NCBI GenBank assembly: GCA_050251945.1
Contig: JBFWLW010000015.1
Span: forward strand, 1 to 63,321
DNA length: 63,321 bases
Direction: 5' to 3'
Source: Deferribacterales bacterium
GTDB taxonomy: Bacteria; Chrysiogenota; Deferribacteres; Deferribacterales; Geovibrionaceae
In this document: one piece after another, positions 55,732 to 63,321 of the stretch
How the letters are laid out: each line of letters opens with the position of its first letter
Numbering within the stretch: position 1 is the stretch's first letter
The notes under the pieces: model-generated
What the model was told of the DNA's origin: nothing
The model's database searches: none
What the model saw: only the letters and a program-made list of their open reading frames with translations
Made by a program: the position numbers and the translations under genes

Positions 55732-57165
55732 TTATATTGATATATTAAGCCAGACCTCGGCAAGAAGGTTCTGGTCGAAATCGGAAGAGTCACGTTCCAG
55801 TATCTCACTCTTCTCAAGACTCACATCGCCTGTGATACTGATACGATTGTTCAGAGTGTACTGACAGCCTAGATAATGGGTCTGGATCCAGTCCTTTGTC
55901 TCGTCGTCTTCGACATCATACTCGAATCGCTCGAACCTTGTACCAAGCCATATGTCCAGATTGTCGGATACGACCTGTGTCAGCTGACCGCCGAACGTTA
56001 CGCTTTTATCTGATTTGCCATACGATGTGCTGTCAACATCCCAGTAATCCACATTGAAAGAGATATAGGTGTTTTTGGACGGAATCCTTGCAAGGTCGAG
56101 ATAGGCTGTGTATTTCTTGTAATCACGGTTATCAAGTTCGTAGCCGTTGGCATTTTTATACTCAGCCCCGACACCGACTACAACGTGTTCTGTTATTCCC
56201 TGAGAAATCCTCACTTTAACCTTTTTGTAATCCCCGTAAGGATACAGGGTGTACGTCAGAGGATTAGATACATAGTACCCGTTCTCTTTACCGATGGAAT
56301 CAAGCAGTTCCTCATAATTAACTGACAAAGTCGTTTTGGTCGGGTTATAACGGTAGACTCCACCGAGCTTATAGTAGCCGTCACTGTCTACCTGTCCGTA
56401 CTCGCCATATACTGAAGAACCGTTCAAAGAATAATCGGCGCGAACTTTCTGAAGGTCTTTTTTGTCATCTGATATATCAAGTCCGCTGAACACTCCTCTG
56501 AGTTTTAGATTGTTCACCGGTGCCAGCTCAAACCCTCCGCCGTAGACACTGTCATCATCAGTATCTACATAAAAGGAAACAGGACGGCCGCCGAATGCGA
56601 AAAGTTTTACCTTATTGTCAAGAAAGGATAACTGGGCATCGGCTCCGTCGAGCTGGAAAGTATCAATACGGTCTACATAAATACGCCCGAGAGTGAGTTC
56701 CGTATTCTTAACCACTCCGGAAAATTTCAGATATCCCTGATAAAGGCGTGACGCGGATTCGTTGTCGTCAGTTTCAGCGTCGAGGATATCGTCGTAATAA
56801 TAATATCTGTTCTCTCCCCAGTGTTCTCCGTTTCTGCCGTCAAGATCATGAGCAGCCCGGAAAAACAGGGCTCCGGACACCGTACCTGAACCAAGTTTTG
56901 CATCAGAGTAACGCATCCGTAAATACTGGTAGATATTCTGGTCGTTGGCATAGTCGTTGACCAGATATCTGTATCTGGTCGTGAGACTCATATCCATACT
57001 GCCGCCGAGAATACCATGCTGAACCGCCTGCGTCTTAAATCCGTCAGCCGTCAGATGCTGTGACCACGAATCAGGTGTCGTGTAGTCGGCATCTTCAAGT
57101 CCTCCGGCAAATATTGTGCAGGGAAGCAGCAACAATGAAAACATCAGAACAAAAAAATGCTTCAT
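55732..57165 (-). CDS. Outer-membrane beta-barrel protein, putative cytochrome-conduit porin (copy 2)
   Basis: Signal peptide; shares YTTPD.W, SLTTRYR, IYQYLR, TFQLDGADA and NPLTY with copy 1. Confidence 0.75.
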   Translation of the reverse strand: MKHFFVLMFSLLLLPCTIFAGGLEDADYTTPDSWSQHLTADGFKTQAVQHGILGGSMDMSLTTRYRYLVNDYANDQNIYQYLRMRYSDAKLGSGTVSGALFFRAAHDLDGRNGEHWGENRYYYYDDILDAETDDNESASRLYQGYLKFSGVVKNTELTLGRIYVDRIDTFQLDGADAQLSFLDNKVKLFAFGGRPVSFYVDTDDDSVYGGGFELAPVNNLKLRGVFSGLDISDDKKDLQKVRADYSLNGSSVYGEYGQVDSDGYYKLGGVYRYNPTKTTLSVNYEELLDSIGKENGYYVSNPLTYTLYPYGDYKKVKVRISQGITEHVVVGVGAEYKNANGYELDNRDYKKYTAYLDLARIPSKNTYISFNVDYWDVDSTSYGKSDKSVTFGGQLTQVVSDNLDIWLGTRFERFEYDVEDDETKDWIQTHYLGCQYTLNNRISITGDVSLEKSEILERDSSDFDQNLLAEVWLNISI

Positions 57166-57227
57166 GGCTTCTCCTTGTTTATTTCGCAATAACGGTTATT
57201 TCAAAATATAATAACCCATTACGCTAT

Positions 57228-57338
57228 TCCAACAAACGTTGGATAATATATTTCAACACCTTGAAAGAAAAATGTCAAGCAAATCTTCCAACGGGTGTTG
57301 GATAATGTGTTGAATCTATGTAACTAACGTTTGTTGTC
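57228..57338. promoter_or_regulatory. Repeated palindromic operators (candidate TetR sites)
   Basis: TCCAAC-N4-GTTGGA at 57228 and 57287; degenerate copy at 57323. Confidence 0.65.
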
Positions 57339-57370
57339 GACTTGTATTTTTTTGTGTGTTATGAATAGCA

Positions 57371-57979
57371 ATGACTAAGAAAAGCAGAAATTTTATTCAA
57401 AACAGAAATGATATAATCGAATTGACAATAGACCTTATAGCTATAAAAAGCGTTGCTTCCGTAAGCATGAGAGATATCGCAAAAGCCGCGTCTGTAGACA
57501 CATCCACCCTCTATTATTATTTTAAAAATAAAGAAGATCTGATGTTCCAGATTACCATTCACATAAATGAAAAAATGCAGGAAGCGCTTCTGAAACTGGA
57601 TTTATCCAATTTCAATTCTGATGAAGAAACATTTAAATATCTGGTCAGGTTTGTATATGACTACCTGTCAAAAAAACCTTCCCATGCCAGCACAATGAGA
57701 CAAATGTCTGTGATGGGAAACCTTATTCTGTCAAAAGCAATAATGGACGAAGTTCTGGACATAACAGTTCAAAACCTGGTTGTAATGGATTTTTTCAAAC
57801 AGATGGAAGCAAAATATCCAACCATGAAAACCCTAGGGCTGACATGCACCCTATTCTGCTATATGCCTATCTATGATCTTGTTATGCATACATATTTTCC
57901 GCACACAGTCACAGAAGAACAAATCAATACCTATATAAATTCTTTATGGAATTCAATTAAAGACTGCAGTAAGGACTAA
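57371..57979 (+). CDS. TetR/AcrR-family regulator
   Basis: SMRDIAKAASVDTSTLYYYFKNKEDL HTH. Confidence 0.9.
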   Translation: MTKKSRNFIQNRNDIIELTIDLIAIKSVASVSMRDIAKAASVDTSTLYYYFKNKEDLMFQITIHINEKMQEALLKLDLSNFNSDEETFKYLVRFVYDYLSKKPSHASTMRQMSVMGNLILSKAIMDEVLDITVQNLVVMDFFKQMEAKYPTMKTLGLTCTLFCYMPIYDLVMHTYFPHTVTEEQINTYINSLWNSIKDCSKD

Positions 57980-58245
57980 TATTTACCACTGCTCAAAAGT
58001 AAGCGGCGTATTTTCTATATGTTATTGATTTCATTTTATTAGCCACTCCTTATGATTTTTGCCAGGAATAACCATAGTGAGCTGTTTTGATGATTTCTTC
58101 AATACTGTCAAAAGACTCATTTCTCCACAGATTAAAAAATGGCATAAATATAAGTACAACATCATTTCACTGACGCTTGGAAACAGCGAACGCTGTAAAC
58201 GTCCCTCTTTTCTTACAGCAGATATTTAGAGTTTTCCACTCTTTC

Positions 58246-58455
58246 GAGCGCGTAAAAAAAAGTGTGTAAACCTTTTAAAGTCATATAAAGTATACAAGCG
58301 AGGTTTTTATGGTATTTGACAAGAAAAAGCTGAAAGAGATTTTGGCAGAAAACGAAGTAAAAACGACAGAAGACCTTCAGGTGTTCATGCGTGAAATGAT
58401 GAAAGAAGTCATTGAAACGCTTTATGAAGGCGAGCTCGAAAGCACTTGGACTAAA
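58246..58455 (+). mobile_element. IS256-family remnant (left end plus transposase N-terminus)
   Basis: IR-like GAGCGCGTAAAAAAAAGTGTGTAAA; peptide KTTEDLQ..MKEVIETLYEGELE, then a frameshifted HL.. motif; truncated. Confidence 0.7.
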
Positions 58456-58564
58456 ATACCGTACATCTGCCAGACCCGCCATAGCTTCTCCCGCCTTTTC
58501 ATAGACAGCGATGAGCGCATCGACTATCTGACTCCAAAACAGGCGAGACCCTGACGGGAAGATA

Positions 58565-59800
58565 TCAGAAATAGTATTTAAAGCGTGCCTCTGCCCTTCT
58601 GTCCATTACCTTTTCGCCGAACTCTGTGTTGTCTCTGCCGCTTAACAGATAGACTTTCAGTTTAAATTCAGCATTTTTTATCCCCGTCCAGACGGCTTCG
58701 GGTGCAAAAGAAAAACTGCCGTCATCGGCGTTTGCGGTGACAGTCAGCGCCGGGGTGAAATACAGGATATCAAACGGTTCTTTAACTGTTGCCCGCAGAT
58801 AGATATAGTTTCGCATGGGGTTGTTTTTCGCATATGGACTGTTCATGAGTGCATCGGGATTTTTTGTGCTGTCCGCCGCCTGATAGAAGAGATCCATCTC
58901 GTCTTGCGTGTAGCCGCCGGATTTGCGGAAATATTCTATAATATAAGTTATATCGTTTTCGGTGAGATAGCGTGCGCCGACAAGCCAGTTGTCGGTATCA
59001 ACACTCTCATGCCCGTCAAGAGTTGTGCGCATGACATCGTTATAGTGCGCGTATTCGCCGTGAATCTCGAAATTAGTCAGGATATTTCTTGAAAAGTCAG
59101 CTCCGTATCTTCTCCCCCTCGATTCACCCGTCGAATACATAAGATCCATGTCCGTATCCCAAAGCAGCCCGTACAGCTTGCCCGCATAGTTCATGCCGTC
59201 GTCCGCCCCAAGGGTTCTGTTGGCATCATCGTCAACATAATACGCCGCCTGTGTGTATGAGACGGTTTTAAGCGCACCGGAGAAACTGCGGGTATAGTCC
59301 GCCGAAGCGAGACGATAGCCCTCCATTGCGTCTTCCGGCGAATCTATATTTTTCGGTCTGTCCAGAAATGCCGCAGGGTTGTAGGCATAACCTTTTCCCC
59401 ATTTCATGGTCATTTTGCCTGCGTTAAGCCTGAAACTGCCCTTTGCATAGCCGACATACTGCTCCATAAACGTAAATTCGGTCTCTGTATCCTCTGCGGC
59501 AGATTCGGAATATACTGATGAAGTTTTAACGGTATATTTCAGCCCGCCAAGCTCATAACCGCCGTTCAGGCGCAGATCAGCCGAATAGTCATAGTTTTGA
59601 GGCTTTTCAGGGTATTTCAGGCGGTAAAGGGCTGATCCTCTGTCATAGCCGTATATATTCGACAGCAGTTCCAGACTGCCGTCAAACGAATAGGGCTTCT
59701 TTTCTATCTCGCTCATATCAAAGTCATATTCACCACCGAAAAGAGCGGGTGCGAAAAAAAGGCAGAGCAGAAACGCTCCGCCTTTAAGATATCCTTTCAT
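58565..59800 (-). CDS. Exported, probably outer-membrane beta-barrel protein
   Basis: Signal peptide; GK..MKWGKGYAYNP..F motif; C-terminal RFKYYF. Confidence 0.7.
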   Translation of the reverse strand: MKGYLKGGAFLLCLFFAPALFGGEYDFDMSEIEKKPYSFDGSLELLSNIYGYDRGSALYRLKYPEKPQNYDYSADLRLNGGYELGGLKYTVKTSSVYSESAAEDTETEFTFMEQYVGYAKGSFRLNAGKMTMKWGKGYAYNPAAFLDRPKNIDSPEDAMEGYRLASADYTRSFSGALKTVSYTQAAYYVDDDANRTLGADDGMNYAGKLYGLLWDTDMDLMYSTGESRGRRYGADFSRNILTNFEIHGEYAHYNDVMRTTLDGHESVDTDNWLVGARYLTENDITYIIEYFRKSGGYTQDEMDLFYQAADSTKNPDALMNSPYAKNNPMRNYIYLRATVKEPFDILYFTPALTVTANADDGSFSFAPEAVWTGIKNAEFKLKVYLLSGRDNTEFGEKVMDRRAEARFKYYF

Positions 59801-60519
59801 CTGAGATCCGCCATATTCGGCATGTATCCCATGGTGAAGACCTCGTCCTTAAATTCCCGCTTTTTTATCTTCGCAAAAATCATCACGGACTTATAGCCTT
59901 TGTAAAGGGGCGAGTCCGTCTCTATCACCGAAGGGCGCACGATCCCGCCGCCGAAGTCTTTAACCTCTTTAAAGTAAAGGGTCTTTATGAGCATTCCGTC
60001 GTGCGTCATGCACTCTATTTTCTTAGGCAGTTTTTTTGCCTTGTCGGCGGTTATCACCAGCCTGTCATATGCCACGGTTTTCGCCTTCGCCTTAAGTTTC
60101 AGAACGTATTCGCTCCCTGATTCTTCTGTCTGCGCCACGTCATATTCCGCCGCGTAGTCAAGCTGGAGGATATCGGCGTTGTTAAACACGCCGCCCACAA
60201 CCGATTGAAGGCTTGTTATGCGGATTGGTTTGCCCACGTTCGGAACATAAAGCCACATGTTTTCGCCCAGCCTGAGGGTGCTTCTGCCGTTTTCACTGGC
60301 AGGAGCGATGAAAAGGGAGGCTACCTTATCCAGCCCTTTTTTCACGGTGAACATTGTATACTCTCTCTTTGCTCCGCTCGGCTCTATGTTTATCAGTTTT
60401 CTGTATGACTCGTAGCTTTCGGGGCTAAGGTTTCTGTCTATTTCTTTTAAAAGTGCCGTCCCGTCTGCGGCAAAAACAGCCGCAGGCAGAAACAGCAGCA
60501 TTGCAATAAGTTTCAGCAT
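59797..60519 (-). CDS. LolA-like 'outer membrane lipoprotein-sorting' protein
   Basis: Signal peptide; F.APASENG...L..GENMWLY.P, GGVF...D and G.LIKT motifs. Confidence 0.8.
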   Translation of the reverse strand: MLKLIAMLLFLPAAVFAADGTALLKEIDRNLSPESYESYRKLINIEPSGAKREYTMFTVKKGLDKVASLFIAPASENGRSTLRLGENMWLYVPNVGKPIRITSLQSVVGGVFNNADILQLDYAAEYDVAQTEESGSEYVLKLKAKAKTVAYDRLVITADKAKKLPKKIECMTHDGMLIKTLYFKEVKDFGGGIVRPSVIETDSPLYKGYKSVMIFAKIKKREFKDEVFTMGYMPNMADLR

Positions 60520-60525
60520 GTTACC

Positions 60526-60906
60526 CTACTTCTTTTTAATTACGGCTTTGGCGGCGGCTTCTGCCGTACCTTTAAACGTTGCGGAAGTCATCCCTTTGGA
60601 TTTCAGAAATCCTTTGAACCTTTCGCCCGGAAAACTCTCTGCCGCAAAGACCTTAACACCCTTCTCCCTCAGCATGTTAATAGCCATGGGACCTGCGCCG
60701 GCTTCACCCTTGTAAGGGTTTGCGATAGTTTCCAGATATGTACCGTTTTCATCGTAAATAATGAAGAACGGTGCCTGTCCCGGGGTATTGCTCATGGCGG
60801 ACGATGGTTTGTTTCCGTTTGCTGCCGCAGCAAGATAAGGCGAACCCGCCCCAAAAACAACGGATGAAACAAGCATTGATAACAGTATAAAAAGTAACTT
60901 TTTCAT
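60526..60906 (-). CDS. NifB/NifX-like (FeMo-cofactor-binding fold) protein with signal peptide
   Basis: GQAPFFIIYD, IANP, GAG and L..KGV....A..FPG motifs. Confidence 0.7.
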   Translation of the reverse strand: MKKLLFILLSMLVSSVVFGAGSPYLAAAANGNKPSSAMSNTPGQAPFFIIYDENGTYLETIANPYKGEAGAGPMAINMLREKGVKVFAAESFPGERFKGFLKSKGMTSATFKGTAEAAAKAVIKKK

Positions 60907-60919
60907 AAAAACACCTCTT

Positions 60920-62158
60920 TTATATGTGTCTTAAAGCGTTAACCGGTTCTGTGCGTGAAGCCTTGACCGCAGGCTGGAGGCTTGCGATAACCGCCACAAC
61001 AACAACCGTCAGGCAGATAGCCGCAAGCTGTCTGTAGTCCACCGATGCCGTCAGCAGTATATCTTTCTGCTGACCGAAATTAAACGTCAGCTTCTGCATG
61101 TTCAGTATGTAAACTGCGGCGATGCTGACCACGGCGCCGATAACTGCACCTATTATGCCCATAAGAAGCCCTTCGGTGAGAAACAGCATCATTATCTTAT
61201 AGGGTCTCGTACCTATCGCCGCCGCCGTGCCTATCTCCCTTATGCGCTCATAAACAGCCATAATCATTACATTCAGAATGGATATCAGAACCACGGCAAT
61301 CAGCAGAATTTTCACAAACAGGGTCATCATGTCTATCATTCTGGCTACGTTGTAAAACGGAGACAGTTTTTCCCATGTGTGAACGTCGAAAATGGGCATA
61401 CCCTTTTTATTAAGTTCCGTTGACAGCCTTTTTGTCAGAGCCGTTTCAAACTCATGCAGTTTGCTGAAATCTTTAAGCCTTATGGCTATTTCGCTTATCT
61501 CGGGAACATCCATCCGCAAAATCTCCGCCGCATCGTCAATATGCACGTAGCCGTCACGCCCGCCGGGTCCTGTGGCACTCTCTATTATCCCTGTAACTTT
61601 AAGCTGTTTTCCGTTAACGGAGCCGTCCTGATTTGTGGCGACAACAACGATGGTATCGCCGAGTTTCACTTTCATTGAGTTCGCGAACAGTCTGGGGATG
61701 ATTATTGATCCCGGTTTAAGCTCTTTTGAGCCTTCCAGTATCCTTGAGGGCAGAAGCGGCACAACTTTGTATTCCTGTTCGGGGTTGATGCCGTTCAGCC
61801 TTATGTTCGATGTTTCGGTGAAAGTTGAGAACATCCCCCCGAATTTTATCCGCTCGCTCACAGCCTCAACGCCGCCAACGTCTTTAAGCGCATTGTCGAA
61901 CCTGTCAAGAGCCATGAATTTCATGTTCATATTCTGCGGCAGGGTCTCCGCCGCGCCCATATATCCCTTGCGGTGTACCTGAACATGCCCCGTCATTGAA
62001 TCTGTTATCTGGGATATCATCATATTTTTAAATGACCCGGAAACGGACACAAAAACCGATACGAACACAACGCCTATGACTATCAGAGAAACCGTAAGGA
62101 TTGTTCTTCTGGAATAGCGCATAAGGTTTCTGAGAGCTATTTTAAAGATATTGAACAT
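60920..62158 (-). CDS. FtsX/LolE-like ABC permease
   Basis: IALRNL.R..RRT, MAVYERIREIGT..AIG and PA.KASR.EP..ALR motifs. Confidence 0.9.
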   Translation of the reverse strand: MFNIFKIALRNLMRYSRRTILTVSLIVIGVVFVSVFVSVSGSFKNMMISQITDSMTGHVQVHRKGYMGAAETLPQNMNMKFMALDRFDNALKDVGGVEAVSERIKFGGMFSTFTETSNIRLNGINPEQEYKVVPLLPSRILEGSKELKPGSIIIPRLFANSMKVKLGDTIVVVATNQDGSVNGKQLKVTGIIESATGPGGRDGYVHIDDAAEILRMDVPEISEIAIRLKDFSKLHEFETALTKRLSTELNKKGMPIFDVHTWEKLSPFYNVARMIDMMTLFVKILLIAVVLISILNVMIMAVYERIREIGTAAAIGTRPYKIMMLFLTEGLLMGIIGAVIGAVVSIAAVYILNMQKLTFNFGQQKDILLTASVDYRQLAAICLTVVVVAVIASLQPAVKASRTEPVNALRHI

Positions 62159-62841
62159 TATACGCCCTCCCGAACAAGTTTTCCGTCTTCCAGAACAAAG
62201 ATACGCTCCGCCTCGCTCACAACCTTAGGGTCGTGGGTGGAAAACACAAAGGTTGTTCCGAAATCGTCCCGCATGGACTTCATGAGAGTAATGATTTTCA
62301 TTGCAGTGTCGTGATCGAGGTTCGCTGTGGGTTCGTCCGCCAGAATAAGGGACGGATTTGTCACCAGCGCACGGGCGACCGCCACCCTCTGTTTCTGACC
62401 GCCGGAAAGCTGGGACGGACGCTTTTGGGCATGTTCCGCCATCCCGACAGCCTCAAGCGTCCGCATAACCCGCTCGCGGCGCTCTTTAACGGCAACATTC
62501 TGCACCATGACAAGCGGATATTCAGTATTCTCGTAAACGGTTAAAACTGGAATAAGGTTGAAGTCCTGAAAGATGAACCCGATGTTATTTCCCCTGAAAT
62601 CCGCCTTTGCGGATGCTTTCAGCTTTGAAGTGTCTGTTCCGCAGACGGTAAGGCTCCCTTCCGTTGGTCTGTCCAGACAGCCTATGAGGTTCAGAAGAGT
62701 TGTCTTCCCGCTGCCGGAGGGACCTATAAAGCTGATAAACGAAGACTTTTCCAGTGTAAAGCTGACATCTGTCAGCGCATGGATCTTTTCAGACCCGAGC
62801 TGATACACTTTTGATATGCTCTCGGCAATAACTAATGACAT
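62158..62841 (-). CDS. LolD/MacB-like ABC ATP-binding protein
   Basis: GPSGSGKT, LSGGQKQRVA, ADEPTANLD and STHD motifs; SD GGAGG before ATG 62841. Confidence 0.93.
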   Translation of the reverse strand: MSLVIAESISKVYQLGSEKIHALTDVSFTLEKSSFISFIGPSGSGKTTLLNLIGCLDRPTEGSLTVCGTDTSKLKASAKADFRGNNIGFIFQDFNLIPVLTVYENTEYPLVMVQNVAVKERRERVMRTLEAVGMAEHAQKRPSQLSGGQKQRVAVARALVTNPSLILADEPTANLDHDTAMKIITLMKSMRDDFGTTFVFSTHDPKVVSEAERIFVLEDGKLVREGV

Positions 62842-63321
62842 GCTTACCTCCGCATATTTTAACGCAAGAGACATGCCATATTATAACTCTATAATATTCA
62901 AATGGTTCTATAAATAAAGGTGTGCAAATTATGCGCAGAACATGCAGAAAAGTTACAGCCTGGTTGATTCTATAATCTTAGGAATATTGTTGACAATCTG
63001 ATATACGGGTGTATATATATCGTTCTGAATATAAATACGGGGTGAAAAAAATGAATAAGAAATTACTAATACTTATTTTAGGTCTCAACGGCTTTATCGT
63101 GATGGCGGACAACTGGGTCGTTTCTCCCATCCTGCCTGCAATATCGGGAGACATAGGAACTAGTGTCACAAAAGCAGGTCTTCTGATATCTGCGTATATG
63201 ATTCCTTTCGGAGTTTTTCAGCTTATCTTCGGACCGCTGGCGGACAGATACGGCAAACGGCAGGTGATAAACGTTTCCATGATAATGTTTACCATAGCGA
63301 CAGCGTTATGCGCAATCGGAA
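62809..63321. repeat. Right copy of the terminal direct repeat; contains the ABC ATPase 5' end, divergent promoters and the MFS 5' end
   Basis: Offset 62808 from the left copy; 6 substitutions. Confidence 0.97.

Noticed and set aside
58197..58204. AAACGTCC as a second recombinase half-site
   Set aside because: An 8-bp match is expected by chance and there is no second arm.
410..62803. Numerous short antisense or overlapping ORFs in the six-frame track
   Set aside because: They are shadows of well-supported genes, with no motifs or SD sequences of their own.

Overview
The window looks like a complete ~62.8 kb circular replicon, most likely a plasmid. Bases 1-513 recur at 62809-63321 with 6 substitutions. 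The host is an anaerobic diderm bacterium; gene style and content suggest Deferribacterota, but that is an unverified impression. The backbone has a full-length but divergent DnaA paralogue, translationally coupled to parA and followed by parB. Next to it is an origin-like region with an AT-rich tract, one perfect DnaA box and about 11 GTTGA(C/A/G)T boxes. The backbone also carries an AbiEi/AbiEii toxin-antitoxin pair, a serine recombinase with a perfect palindromic site, and a Fic protein. I recognised no relaxase or T4SS gene. There are four cargo blocks. (1) An arsenic-related set split around the circle: MFS, thioredoxin, CcdA, ArsM, an AioX/ArxX-like binding protein plus sensor kinase, a distant NtrC-type regulator, a TtrA/SrdA-like molybdoenzyme with an Fe-S subunit but no membrane anchor, and a sigma54-driven Lol-like ABC operon. 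(2) An 18.6 kb sigma54-controlled cai/ydi-like acyl-CoA redox cluster with FixABCX, two MFS carriers and a porin. (3) Two convergent paralogous operons, each encoding a beta-barrel porin, a small hexaheme cytochrome c, a Tat-lipoprotein DMSO-reductase-family enzyme with a rearranged FS0 cysteine motif, and a DmsB-like subunit. These are candidate outer-surface respiratory reductases, controlled by a LuxR solo and a TetR. (4) gpx-ohrR. The most novel-looking items are the porin-hexaheme-molybdoenzyme modules and the DnaA-paralogue replicon with its own boxes. All functional calls come from motif recognition by eye; no database searches were run.
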